In this document: piece after piece, positions 17,200-26,702 of the stretch
Layout: every line of letters starts with the position of its first letter
How positions within the stretch are numbered: position 1 is the first letter of the stretch
Source: a virus
Virus genome (UHGV): UHGV-1381044
Strand: one strand, 5' to 3'
DNA length: 44,017 nt
Position numbers and translations under genes: made by a program
The notes under the pieces: model-generated
The model's input: only the letters and a program-made list of their open reading frames with translations
Told to the model about the DNA's origin: nothing
Databases searched by the model: none

Positions 17200-17403
17200 T
17201 CAATTTCTTGCAATAGAAGCATTTGCCCACATGACGGATTCTTCAAGCTTTGTCATGGCAAGAGATTTCTCTCTACTATTCGGGCAAATACCATCAATCA
17301 GATACGCCAGTTCTTTTCCTTTTGCTCTGACTTCTTCATATTTTTCTGCCTGCCCGTCTTTCGGGCTATGGTACATAAAGTTGTTCTCAATCTGATTATT
17401 CAT
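17200..17403 (-). CDS. Small hypothetical protein of 67 aa.
   Basis: RBS GGAGTG precedes ATG 17403. Confidence 0.4.
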   Translation of the reverse strand: MNNQIENNFMYHSPKDGQAEKYEEVRAKGKELAYLIDGICPNSREKSLAMTKLEESVMWANASIARN

Positions 17404-17405
17404 GT

Positions 17406-17900
17406 TCACACTCCTGCATACAATACTGGTATTCCATCATCCGTCCTTACTCCCATCAGAAGCGGTAACGCTGTCTTTAAGAGTAAGTCGTTCGTTTTCT
17501 GTACATCTCCGGCGGCGGCATATACCGCACTCCATTCCTTTGCGCTTGACCCAATCTGCTGTGGTGTTGCGTAAGAAATGGATTCGCTGCCGGAGCTTAC
17601 AGATGTTACAATGCCCGTTGATTTGCCACCGGCATTTGTGTCGGTCGCACTTGCTGATGCCTGATTGATTGCATTCTTTTCAGCAAGTTCAATCTGATAC
17701 ATTAATTCAGCCAATGAACAGACCGCCTTTTTTATACGTTTCTGCTGCCGATCATCGGACGGTAATCCGTCTGCCAACCGGTCAAATGTCAAGCTGTCAA
17801 TAAAGTCACTTGCTCTCTCAGACATCCTCATAAAATCAGATTCCGGCACGACATTGCCGAAAAATGATTTTTGGTAAAACTCATAATCTACATATGCCAT
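17406..17900 (-). CDS. Head-tail connector / head completion protein.
   Basis: It lies immediately downstream of the major capsid gene. The N-terminus YVDYEFYQKSF looks connector-like. Confidence 0.5.
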   Translation of the reverse strand: MAYVDYEFYQKSFFGNVVPESDFMRMSERASDFIDSLTFDRLADGLPSDDRQQKRIKKAVCSLAELMYQIELAEKNAINQASASATDTNAGGKSTGIVTSVSSGSESISYATPQQIGSSAKEWSAVYAAAGDVQKTNDLLLKTALPLLMGVRTDDGIPVLYAGV

Positions 17901-17915
17901 GCCGGAACCTCCTCA

Positions 17916-19082
17916 TTACTGTGCGGTTACAGTCGTATGTCCTGCGTTCAGCGCCTTATATGTGCTGTCGCACTCAACTACAGTGATAACCTGTCCGCTG
18001 GCCGCTGTGATATCGCTCTTGCCGTCCCACGCGCTCCAGTTTTTCACATTCTGACCATACTCTACAGTGGTCTCAGAAGATGCCACTTTGTACTTATAGA
18101 CGTTACCAGCGTTGCCCTTTTCCGGATTAACAGTAATCTTTGTGGTACCGCTGGATGATCCAGCTGTAGACTGTACAGTCAGATCGCCAAGAGTCTGAGA
18201 TGATCCAAATGTAATCACAGAAATAGCATCCAGATACTCAGCAAACAGCACCATACCCATGATTGCGAATGCCTCAGATACAGCAGTGCTATAGTTGCCC
18301 TGAGTATGGAAGCCAATCAAATTGGTTTCGCCGGACACTGTATAGGAGAGCCCAGCACGTGCAAAGTCTGAATCGCTCGGATCAACATAGTAAAGAACAA
18401 TGTTGTCTACCGGTGTAGCGATTACCTTGCCACGCGGGATCTCGCTGTCGGACAGCAGGAACACAGTATTAAATCCCATAAAATCTTTCATATACTGGAA
18501 TCCGAACTGGTTCTGAATAGTGATATTTGCAGCGCCAAGATACTCATATATATCAAGGATGTTTACAAAGCCTGCAATACCATTCGGAATGGAACGATGC
18601 ATGTTTTTGAATTTATCCTCAACGCGGCCTTTTGCCATAGCAAGAGCCATCTGGAAAGTGTTCTCGGTAGAGGTAAGGGTACCGGTCTTAAGATAAGTGT
18701 AAAATCTTCCGGTTACATCCGTCTGGAGCTGGAAGAGGAACTCTTCGTCTGTCATCTCTACAGCCACATCGTAGCCATAAGTCTTAATCGACTCGATAGA
18801 TACAGCCTTTGCGTACTTCTCCACATCCATTTCAGCATACTCTTTTTCTTTTACCTCGAATTTGGAGTACGGAATTTCCTCTCCCTCTGCGACCTTACCG
18901 CTCTGTAAAGTTCCGGTTGCATATTTGGATTTCAGAGTTGATCCCGGCTCTTTTTTTATCATTCTCAGCACACCAAGAATTTCGGATAAGTGCTCCCAGT
19001 TGCGTTCAAATCTGGTTACAAAATCTACCTCTCTCGCGCGTACCTGAATGTTTTCTGTTTTTATAAGATTTGCTTTTGCCAT
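17916..19082 (-). CDS. Major capsid protein. The ORF track begins it at TTG 19124; ATG 19082 (MAKANLIK...) is preferred.
   Basis: About 390 aa, following the scaffold gene. The C-terminal half is Ser/Thr-rich and Ig-like. Confidence 0.65.
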   Translation of the reverse strand: MAKANLIKTENIQVRAREVDFVTRFERNWEHLSEILGVLRMIKKEPGSTLKSKYATGTLQSGKVAEGEEIPYSKFEVKEKEYAEMDVEKYAKAVSIESIKTYGYDVAVEMTDEEFLFQLQTDVTGRFYTYLKTGTLTSTENTFQMALAMAKGRVEDKFKNMHRSIPNGIAGFVNILDIYEYLGAANITIQNQFGFQYMKDFMGFNTVFLLSDSEIPRGKVIATPVDNIVLYYVDPSDSDFARAGLSYTVSGETNLIGFHTQGNYSTAVSEAFAIMGMVLFAEYLDAISVITFGSSQTLGDLTVQSTAGSSSGTTKITVNPEKGNAGNVYKYKVASSETTVEYGQNVKNWSAWDGKSDITAASGQVITVVECDSTYKALNAGHTTVTAQ

Positions 19083-19143
19083 AAAAGTTAAGCCCTTTCT
19101 GCCCGTAATTTGGGCGCCAGTCAAATCACTGGATTAACAACGA

Positions 19144-19779
19144 TCACTCAAACAGTGACATGTTGCTTGCAATTGCAGCCTGTCGTTCGCTTGCATCTTT
19201 GATGTCCATGATTTCTTTTTTGGTCATCTTTCCACCCGGATGATTATTGCGGGTTATCCCCGTTGTAAATCTCGCCTGGTTCTGCATAGCGGTCTGCTGA
19301 TCTTCATCAACAAATGCAGACGCATCGTCTTTTTTCATCTGATCCAGCAGATCATTAAGCCCCAGTATCTTTCCATCCTTAAGCTTAAGACCGGCGTCTT
19401 TGATGTCTGTCATAACAGCCTTTTTAGCAGCCTCGGAAGAGAATTTAACATCTTCCAGTGCAGATTTAAGAGCATCAGCAAAATCTCTTTCATAAATTTT
19501 ATTGTTAAAATTTTTCTCTGCATCTGCTGCTTTTTGCTTCCATGTGTCGACCTCTGCCTTGACGTTCTCTGGATCAATGCCATCAAAGCTTTTGAGTGTA
19601 GCTTCTGCTGTCTCTGCCCGTTCCTTCCAACTGTCACGCTCACTTTCGACCTTTGACAGTGTTTTAGAAACTTCTCCGGCATTCTTGTAATGCTCAGACA
19701 ATGCTTTTTTTACATCTGCCTTCTTATCTTCCGGGATGTCAATACCAAATGATTTGAGTGTTTCAATAAGTTTCTGCAT
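19144..19779 (-). CDS. Scaffolding protein (Phage_GP20-like).
   Basis: Acidic, coiled-coil, 211 aa. RBS AGGAGGATGATATG. It lies upstream of the capsid gene. Confidence 0.6.
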   Translation of the reverse strand: MQKLIETLKSFGIDIPEDKKADVKKALSEHYKNAGEVSKTLSKVESERDSWKERAETAEATLKSFDGIDPENVKAEVDTWKQKAADAEKNFNNKIYERDFADALKSALEDVKFSSEAAKKAVMTDIKDAGLKLKDGKILGLNDLLDQMKKDDASAFVDEDQQTAMQNQARFTTGITRNNHPGGKMTKKEIMDIKDASERQAAIASNMSLFE

Positions 19780-19855
19780 ATCATCCTCCTGGCCGTATTT
19801 ATTGACCTGCCGCCGCAGGTAATGGATTAAGCCCGATAGACCACGGGCGGGGTAA

Positions 19856-19929
19856 TGGACCGCCAGGGACTTGAACCCCGGACCATCCGGTTATGAGCCG
19901 GACGCTCTGGCCAACTGAGCTAGCGGTCC
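19856..19929 (-). tRNA. tRNA-Met(CAU): tRNA with anticodon CAU (Met elongator, or Ile2 if lysidinylated). 74 nt, CCA not encoded.
   Basis: The RC folds as GGACCGC-TA-GCTC-AGTTGGCCA-GAGC-G-TCCGG-CTCATAA-CCGGA-TGGTC-CGGGG-TTCAAGT-CCCTG-GCGGTCC-A. G1-C72 is paired, so it is not an initiator. Confidence 0.85.
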
Positions 19930-20256
19930 TAAAATGCCTGGCATGATTACATACCAGGCATTTACAAGGGGAAAAGAAAAACTCTGCTTATAGCAGCAGA
20001 ATCCTCGCTGCGGTCGTAAGCCGCATTAACAGCCTATCAGCTACGAGGTGAAAGGAGGAAATTCAAGGCCAGTCAAAGCTCTTGAATTTTGATCTGGCAA
20101 GCGCACGCCGGAAATTTCATCCGCTTTTCAACCTCCAGGAATGACCTGTTTATATTAAGGACGTGCGCGGGAGGTGTGTGAGAAAACCATGAAAAGTAAC
20201 CAATCCTCTTCACATCTACATTCTACCATTTATCTATAAGTACCTTGTCCACACAT

Positions 20257-20799
20257 CTACAGCATATCTCTAAGTTTATCCACATAGCGCTTCACAAGAT
20301 CGCGTTCTTCGCGGCATTCTGCGTCCTTTGACATATCACCGATTTCTGCCGTAAGCCCATCCAAGTGTTCCTCTAATGCGGCCAGCATTTTACGCTTACA
20401 GTCCTCTGATTTGCCGGATCGATAGCTCTGCTTTTGCGTCATGTAATCATCATAAGCATCTCGACCATCGCTCCGGCTGTAATGTCCACGCACATAATGC
20501 TCACCGCGGCGCATATAAGACGAACCGCGGTCATAATCTGGCATTCGGCCATCAGAAGCGCTATAACGCCCCATGTTATCGCGTCCGCGGCGCTCGCTGT
20601 AGTCACCTACACGCATCTGTTCCAAGACGGTCATATAATACTCGCCCTTTTTATCCCAATACTCTGTGTTTTTAATGTCTTTATACATATCGATCAGCTT
20701 AAAAGCCGTGTCCAAATTGCCGGATGTGAGGCCTTTTTCAGCAATGTTAGATATCTCATCTTCAATACGTGCACATAAATCTTTAATATCTCTCATCAT
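20257..20799 (-). CDS. Hypothetical protein of 180 aa with an Arg/Gly/Tyr/Asp-rich low-complexity centre.
   Basis: ORF. It is the last gene of the late cargo island. Confidence 0.5.
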   Translation of the reverse strand: MMRDIKDLCARIEDEISNIAEKGLTSGNLDTAFKLIDMYKDIKNTEYWDKKGEYYMTVLEQMRVGDYSERRGRDNMGRYSASDGRMPDYDRGSSYMRRGEHYVRGHYSRSDGRDAYDDYMTQKQSYRSGKSEDCKRKMLAALEEHLDGLTAEIGDMSKDAECREERDLVKRYVDKLRDML

Positions 20800-20808
20800 C
20801 CCACCTCC

Positions 20809-21231
20809 TTATGCTACCCGTGTTACCACAAGATTTGCATTTGCCACGGTGATAGCCTGGGTACTGGTATTCTCTACCGCAACATTAAAGCAGCATCCGC
20901 GCGGCACATCAATAAAGATTCCGGCAGACACATTATTAAACGCTTCCAAAGCTGTAGGAGTGGAGATCATCCGAGAAGATAAGACAGGTTCTCCGCCGAT
21001 TGCAATAGCAAGAGAAATTTCTCCCGCGGTTCCTCCGGTCGGCACTGCAATATTTGCAGAAAAGTCCACAAAATAGCGGGCCTTGCACTGATTAGTAATT
21101 CCTCTGAGGGTAACAATGCCGCTGCCTTCCCGGTGCTGCACGCATGCGGTTCCTTTTACAGCGGTGTTGGTATACACCACGTTTCCGTTCGCTGCCACTT
21201 CCTGAGCGGCAACAGCTACATATTCAGCCAT
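20809..21231 (-). CDS. Hypothetical beta-rich protein of 140 aa, possibly a TNF/BclA-C-terminal-like jelly-roll. The ORF track extends it to 21315.
   Basis: RBS AGGAG lies 7 nt before ATG 21231. It has alternating hydrophobic/polar beta-like segments. Confidence 0.45.
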   Translation of the reverse strand: MAEYVAVAAQEVAANGNVVYTNTAVKGTACVQHREGSGIVTLRGITNQCKARYFVDFSANIAVPTGGTAGEISLAIAIGGEPVLSSRMISTPTALEAFNNVSAGIFIDVPRGCCFNVAVENTSTQAITVANANLVVTRVA

Positions 21232-21368
21232 ATTGTTTTCTCCTTTTTCATATCGCAAAAAGGCAGGTCTAAGCCTGCCGATTTGCGTAATACCGGCATT
21301 GCGCCGAACATCCAATCATATTGCCGATGTCAGGAATATGGTTGGAAGATACAGATATGATGTTGTTG

Positions 21369-22142
21369 TCAGCAGTTACAGCCCGTATTGCAGCCGTAAT
21401 ATGTGTTCGGGTTCGGCACCTGGTATGCCGGAATCGGTGCCGGATTAATCGCATTAATAAGCTGCTGGGTCTGTGCTGCCATAGCGGTAGTAAGTAATGC
21501 ACTCTGACGATCCTGAGATGCAGCACGTCTGAGATCATTGTTTTCAGCCTGGAGACTGGAAATCTTCTCGTTGCACAGGTAATCCAGAATAGCTCTGGTT
21601 CCGGCATTCTGGCTGTCAATAATGTCTCTGGTGTTGCTGTTCATGGTATTCTGGAGCGCACAGGTGTTCTGTGCCATGTTGTAGTTTACGCCCTGGATAG
21701 CTTCCCGGGTCTCACAGCAACACTGAGCAAGCTGCGCCTGGAGTGCGTTGGTGTTCTGCATGTTGGCTACAGTATCGGCATTAATAGCCTGCTGGATTCC
21801 AAAGCCGGTCTGCATGATATTGGTATTGATTCCGTTAAAACCGGTAAGCATACCGTTGTTCACTGCGTAGAATCCATCACAGAGACCGTTATTGATTCCA
21901 TCAAGTTTGCTGATTACGGCAGAATTATCGAATCCTCTCTGAATATCCGCCTGAGTAGCTGCTGTGGCTACATATCCGCCGCCGTTTCCATTATTGCCCC
22001 AGCCGTTGTTTCCCCATCCACAGAATGCGAAAATGAATAAAACAATAATCCACCAGCTACCATCTCCACCAAACATGCCGTCATTATTTCTACTGTTACC
22101 AGTAGCTGCCGCAATATCGGCTAAGCTATAATTTCCATCCAT
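21369..22142 (-). CDS. Gly/Asn/Gln-rich membrane-anchored protein of 257 aa with a Cys-rich C-terminus.
   Basis: It has a TM helix SWWIIVLFIFAFCGW flanked by GG...GNNGWGNNGNGGG, resembling the YjcZ-type N-terminus. It also has CCC and YYGCNTGCNC motifs. Confidence 0.5.
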   Translation of the reverse strand: MDGNYSLADIAAATGNSRNNDGMFGGDGSWWIIVLFIFAFCGWGNNGWGNNGNGGGYVATAATQADIQRGFDNSAVISKLDGINNGLCDGFYAVNNGMLTGFNGINTNIMQTGFGIQQAINADTVANMQNTNALQAQLAQCCCETREAIQGVNYNMAQNTCALQNTMNSNTRDIIDSQNAGTRAILDYLCNEKISSLQAENNDLRRAASQDRQSALLTTAMAAQTQQLINAINPAPIPAYQVPNPNTYYGCNTGCNC

Positions 22143-22191
22143 TTTGATATCTCCTTTAATTTTTATTTACATTCCTGGCCAGGATAATGTA

Positions 22192-22407
22192 CTACTTCAT
22201 TCCACGCAGCATGCTCTGGAACTGCTGCGCCATCTGCTGCACCTGATTAAGTTGTGCCTGTGATATCCGTCCAGATTGCAGCATCTTCTGTACTTCTGCT
22301 TTAGGGTCCCCTTTAAAGTTTTGTTTAAACTGCATAAATTGCTGCATCATTTGCATAGGGCCGTTGCCCTGCGGCCTGCCAAGCATCTGAAAAAGCGGGT
22401 TACTCAT
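22192..22407 (-). CDS. Small Gln/Met-rich protein of 71 aa. The ORF track extends it to 22470.
   Basis: RBS AAGGAGG lies 8 nt before ATG 22407. Confidence 0.45.
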   Translation of the reverse strand: MSNPLFQMLGRPQGNGPMQMMQQFMQFKQNFKGDPKAEVQKMLQSGRISQAQLNQVQQMAQQFQSMLRGMK

Positions 22408-22885
22408 TTGCTGTACCTCCTTTTGCTCTGCGGTTTTCTGTTTTGGAAGAGGCTCCACCAGGCTCCACACTTGTGGAAAATGAGTTGAGCCTATTTAAAA
22501 TTTCGTTATATTTATTAAAAAGATCTTGGTACTCTTCTCTGGTTACATAAATGTCAGCCGTAACAGTTTCTTGCCGTTTCTGCGGCATTTTGCTGTTGAT
22601 CTCATGGTACTCAAAAATGCGAAGCGGCTGAGGCATGCCAGATACGTCCGTAGATTTGATATAAAATCGCTCAGCTTCACTGTCCATCAGCAGCACACTT
22701 GATCCCGGTGCTACAAGATAGGACTTAGCGCCTGTCTCGCCCTGTACCCATAAAATACCCTGATTATTTGCTGGCGCTGGTGTTGCCAAAGGTTGTGGCG
22801 TGGGCTGATATTGGTTCATTTGTGCAATTCTGTCCTGGTATGCCTGATATGGCTGATACATGGGGGCATTTGGATATATTGCCAT
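22400..22885 (-). CDS. Hypothetical protein with a Pro/Gln/Tyr-rich N-terminus. The ORF track extends it to 22891.
   Basis: RBS GGAGGG lies 8 nt before ATG 22885. Confidence 0.5.
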   Translation of the reverse strand: MAIYPNAPMYQPYQAYQDRIAQMNQYQPTPQPLATPAPANNQGILWVQGETGAKSYLVAPGSSVLLMDSEAERFYIKSTDVSGMPQPLRIFEYHEINSKMPQKRQETVTADIYVTREEYQDLFNKYNEILNRLNSFSTSVEPGGASSKTENRRAKGGTANE

Positions 22886-23006
22886 GTTCAATTCCCTCCA
22901 AAAACTTTAAAATGTCACGGTAGTCGGTTACTATAGGTATCTCTATTTCGTCTTCCATACCTGTATTTTTGCAAAAAAAATAAGTCTCTGACAGTTCGTC
23001 AAAGAC

Positions 23007-23213
23007 TTAATAAAGTAGCACACGTGCTATTTTTGTGTTTACCCGGCGGCTGATCCGCTTTGCAGTGGATAAGCTCACATTCATATTTTCTGCGCAGATC
23101 TCCATTGTCACGCCTGCGGCTCGGTATTCAAATAAAGCTCTTTCCTCTGGTGTAAAATTCGCAAGTTGCCGGAAGCGGTTCAACTCCGGTACTGTAAAAT
23201 CATACACTTTCAA
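23007..23213 (-). CDS. Sigma-70 region-4-like HTH protein of 68 aa. Candidate late-gene activator.
   Basis: The motif FTPEERALFEYRAAGVTMEICAENMNVSLSTAKRISRRV resembles ECF sigma region 4. Confidence 0.5.
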   Translation of the reverse strand: MKVYDFTVPELNRFRQLANFTPEERALFEYRAAGVTMEICAENMNVSLSTAKRISRRVNTKIARVLLY

Positions 23214-23224
23214 GATGAGATCTA

Positions 23225-23566
23225 TTACCCCTCACTTTCTATCGGCTCATATGGTAGAGCCAAACACCTGTTATAAAGATCTTCGCCTGTTCCATTGCCT
23301 CCAAGCGTCTTGTATGGCCGAAACATATACTCAAGATTGTCTCTGTCTTCCAATGTACAGTACTTACGCTTTAAGTAAAACGTACACGCCTGATAGAGCC
23401 GATCATGGAGGAGTGCCAGAACTCCCGCATTAATAGCATTTGTTCTCGCGCGTTCCGTATTCAGCTGTTTAGACAGTTTATGATATGCTCCTGAAAATAC
23501 TACTGATATAAGGCCAAGCAGCCATGATACCCAGTGTGCTGTTATGTACTGTATAATCATTTCCAT
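23225..23566 (-). CDS. Small membrane protein of 113 aa with an N-terminal TM helix. The ORF track extends it to 23698.
   Basis: RBS AAGGAG lies 6 nt before ATG 23566. Confidence 0.5.
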   Translation of the reverse strand: MEMIIQYITAHWVSWLLGLISVVFSGAYHKLSKQLNTERARTNAINAGVLALLHDRLYQACTFYLKRKYCTLEDRDNLEYMFRPYKTLGGNGTGEDLYNRCLALPYEPIESEG

Positions 23567-23576
23567 TGTATACTCC

Positions 23577-23972
23577 TTAGTTATGATTTTTCTCCCAGTA
23601 ATATATAGGAATTTCTCCTCCACTATCCCAGGTATCGTATATATGGCCGTCTTGCACACAAACAACATGGCCATCAATGCAAAGTATGTACGTCCCATGC
23701 TGATGCTCCGTGCAAAAGTCAGCTACTGTATAGATGCTTTGGGTATGATCGTCTATCAGATGCCGCCGATATCCCTTTTCTTTTAGATATGCACCCCATA
23801 CATAATTTGCACTGGGCATATCCGATAGCATGCAGGCCTTTACCATGATGCCAGAGAAAACCGTTTCCCAATCTTGTCCAGTCGCTTTGCAGATTGCTCT
23901 GATAACACAGTCACCTACACGCTTACCGGCTGGATTCGGGTTATAATACTCCCATTCAACAGCAGATTTCAT
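23577..23972 (-). CDS. Hypothetical Cys/His-rich protein of 131 aa.
   Basis: ORF. Confidence 0.45.
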   Translation of the reverse strand: MKSAVEWEYYNPNPAGKRVGDCVIRAICKATGQDWETVFSGIMVKACMLSDMPSANYVWGAYLKEKGYRRHLIDDHTQSIYTVADFCTEHQHGTYILCIDGHVVCVQDGHIYDTWDSGGEIPIYYWEKNHN

Positions 23973-23976
23973 AGCA

Positions 23977-25194
23977 TTATCCTTTCTTCAAATAAGCATA
24001 TCTTTTTGCCGCTCCTCGCGCCTTTGCCGCCTGTTCTCTTCCCCATTTGGCGATTCTGAGGCGGTCAGCCAGTGGGCGCAGGCCATTGGATTGACAAAAA
24101 TCATTGTATGCCCGGTTCTGCCTCTGCAAAAGATAAGACTTTTGATCTAGCTCCTCTTGTAGCTCCATCCTCAGTGTATCATCCTTGCAGGTATCCACAG
24201 CCGTTTGCAATCCCATAACTATCTGCTTTGTTTTTCGGATCCTTCGTTCTAATGCTCGCTGTCTCTGCTCTAACTTTTCCAGTCGCACATTGTCTTCTGT
24301 CTCTATATCCTTATACGGGTTGTTTACCCCATCACCAGGGCCAAAACTGTGGCGGCAGTTCCAGCCGCTTAATCCTTCTCCTGTCCCGTATCCAGTCACA
24401 GAAAATGGAGGGTATCGTTTGTCTTGCCCTGTCCGGCTGTAAAACTGTCCTTGCCACCACAGATGATTGCCTGGATTCTGCCCGCCGTCTCCAGTTCTGG
24501 CTCCGATGTGTGCCGATACAAGGATAATGTCCCACTCCTGCTCTTTCATCCGCTGCATGGATATGTCACCGGAAGCCTGAGATATCCCGGTGCGCACCGC
24601 TCGCGCTGTTGCCGTCTCAATGGTGTCTCTATGCCCCGTTGGATACCGGACTATAACACCATTCTGTGCAACCGTATTAACAGCTTCCCTAACGGCCTGT
24701 GTGTACGATACAGCCCCGCTTATGACCTTATGGTACGCATTGTCGCACTCGCTGATAAATAGGCTCTGTGCGGCTTCTGCGGTGGTTCTTGTCATATTTG
24801 ACCATTCGCCCATCGTGGCTTCATAATCCCTCTGGAGTATTCGTACAAGTGCCGGAGACTGTTCTAGGGCTTCCGTGGTGATTCCGGCAGCTTCGTATAC
24901 AGCCTTATCGTAAGCCATAGCCTTTACTCCGGCTTCTTCCATCGCGGCGGCTACCTCTTCGCGCTGTAGCTTTGTATATCGGGCTATCTCCTGCGTGATA
25001 TCCTGCAACAGATACCCGGCGTCCTGTAGTATCTGGATGCGCCAGCGGTCGGATGATGTGAGTATGTACTTCTCCCCGCGCCCCAAGCGGATCATGATAG
25101 CTTCGATGATTAGGTTTAGGATATAGCTATGCAGCGAAGATGCTATATCCTCGCTGCCCTCTGCTATTCTTTTTAGATAGTCTGGACTCAGCAT
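23977..25194 (-). CDS. Minor head (head morphogenesis, SPP1 gp7-like) protein.
   Basis: 405 aa, in the head module downstream of the portal gene. Confidence 0.55.
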   Translation of the reverse strand: MLSPDYLKRIAEGSEDIASSLHSYILNLIIEAIMIRLGRGEKYILTSSDRWRIQILQDAGYLLQDITQEIARYTKLQREEVAAAMEEAGVKAMAYDKAVYEAAGITTEALEQSPALVRILQRDYEATMGEWSNMTRTTAEAAQSLFISECDNAYHKVISGAVSYTQAVREAVNTVAQNGVIVRYPTGHRDTIETATARAVRTGISQASGDISMQRMKEQEWDIILVSAHIGARTGDGGQNPGNHLWWQGQFYSRTGQDKRYPPFSVTGYGTGEGLSGWNCRHSFGPGDGVNNPYKDIETEDNVRLEKLEQRQRALERRIRKTKQIVMGLQTAVDTCKDDTLRMELQEELDQKSYLLQRQNRAYNDFCQSNGLRPLADRLRIAKWGREQAAKARGAAKRYAYLKKG

Positions 25195-25273
25195 AGTCTA
25201 CTCCATGAGTTTTTCGTACTCATCAGCGGTTATCTTCCCAGCTTTCCTTGCTTGCTCTACAAGCTTAATCCAC

Positions 25274-25465
25274 TCATTTTTCGGGCAATACATCCGCAGT
25301 TGTATCAGTATCCTGTACATATGCATCCTCCTCTGGAATATAAATATCTGCCATAGCTGCTACATATTGAGTCAAAAGAGCCTGTTTTCGAATTTCCGCT
25401 TCATTGCTTGCTATGGCATATAAATACTGTTCAATCCGTGTTATCGGTTTCGGTAAGCTTGACAT
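25274..25465 (-). CDS. Small protein of 63 aa that shares the N-terminal motif KPITRIEQYL with the next gene.
   Basis: ORF. The motif is shared with the 25470 gene. Confidence 0.4.
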   Translation of the reverse strand: MSSLPKPITRIEQYLYAIASNEAEIRKQALLTQYVAAMADIYIPEEDAYVQDTDTTADVLPEK

Positions 25466-25469
25466 ATCA

Positions 25470-26702
25470 TCACTTCCTTAACTTAGAATATTTTACTTTT
25501 AAATAGCACTCGCTTTCCAATATAGTTGTCCCTTTGTAGGTAGTGAGAGCACGGTAAGCGGCGATGTCGGCTTCTGAGAGTGGGGTCTCAATTGGATCAG
25601 ATAGAATATAAGCAACATCGGCAGGAACATTATCGTTCGTTAAATTCTCATAGTATAGAACAAGTGCATTATACGCACCACTTGCACGAATACCTTCTTT
25701 TCCATTGGCTGCATCTCTGGAATACGTTGCAATATTGCACAAACATTCTGTATACTCCCTAGACAAATTTTTAATATCAACTGCCATATGTCTATATCCA
25801 CCATGCGTACTAGATGAAGCTGTTTTGTAGAAAACAACATTTGCATGCTTAATCCGTCGACGATACACTCCCCGTTCAAAATCAAGTTCATCGCAGATCC
25901 ATTGTTGACCGTTGGAATCCGTATAATTACCATTTGCAGAAACTGGAATACCAGGAAGACCATTGGGTGTTGAGAAAAGCACAGATTGCATCTGCTCATT
26001 ATCAGGATTTTTTACAATGACACTGAGATTTCCATCATCACCTGCACTCTGAATCTCCTGCGGGTAATCAGGTGATGGGGACGGCTTACCGCCGGTGTAC
26101 GGCTCCCACGGGAGGGCAGTGTCTCCGGCGTTAAGCATGACTTTAATCCCATCAACATTTAATACTTCTCCCTTATTAGCTGAAAAAGCAATCCTTTTTG
26201 CGATGCTATTATTTACAGTGCTTGCTGAACCACTTGCCATAATTCCTGAATATTTTTCTGTTGCCAAAGTTACTCTTTTATCTGCCCCATAAACCGACAA
26301 AATATACACGCCATCTAAACTAACTGGCGTTACTCGCTCTATGAGTATCCATCCGGTTTCCGTGCAGGTGCCGTGAAGTGATATCAAACCTTCTTTTACT
26401 GTGACCGTAACTCCTCGGGATATTCCTGTATAATCCGGAATATCCAACAACTGCGCCCCTGTCGTCGTCACCTGCGTGGATTTACCATACAGCACCAGCC
26501 CATTAAATGGTTCTCCTATGCAGTCTTTAAGTGTCAATGGCGGTTCTCCTTGCATCTCCGTATCTTCAATCCCACTCTTCCTAGCCCACGCAGCAAGGTA
26601 CATTTCTTCTCTTGTTAAAGGGACTTCTGGAACATTGACGCGCATCCCTGATATATGTGCAAGATACTGTTCTACTCGTGTTATAGGTTTTGATATAGCC
26701 AT
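25470..26702 (-). CDS. Hypothetical structural protein of 410 aa, with an N-terminus beginning MAISKPITRVEQYL.
   Basis: ORF. Confidence 0.5.
   Translation of the reverse strand: MAISKPITRVEQYLAHISGMRVNVPEVPLTREEMYLAAWARKSGIEDTEMQGEPPLTLKDCIGEPFNGLVLYGKSTQVTTTGAQLLDIPDYTGISRGVTVTVKEGLISLHGTCTETGWILIERVTPVSLDGVYILSVYGADKRVTLATEKYSGIMASGSASTVNNSIAKRIAFSANKGEVLNVDGIKVMLNAGDTALPWEPYTGGKPSPSPDYPQEIQSAGDDGNLSVIVKNPDNEQMQSVLFSTPNGLPGIPVSANGNYTDSNGQQWICDELDFERGVYRRRIKHANVVFYKTASSSTHGGYRHMAVDIKNLSREYTECLCNIATYSRDAANGKEGIRASGAYNALVLYYENLTNDNVPADVAYILSDPIETPLSEADIAAYRALTTYKGTTILESECYLKVKYSKLRK

Noticed and set aside
19990-20100. Hairpin-rich stretch after tRNA-Met considered as a second tRNA.
   Set aside because: It cannot be folded into a cloverleaf. 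There is no T-loop GTTCRA-type motif and no anticodon arm, so it is treated as generic structured RNA or a terminator.
22764-22958. ORF MEDEIEIPIVTDYRDILKFLEGIEHGN... upstream of and overlapping the 22885 gene.
   Set aside because: It has no RBS, overlaps the RBS and start of the next gene in another frame, and lies in the promoter region downstream of the late activator gene.
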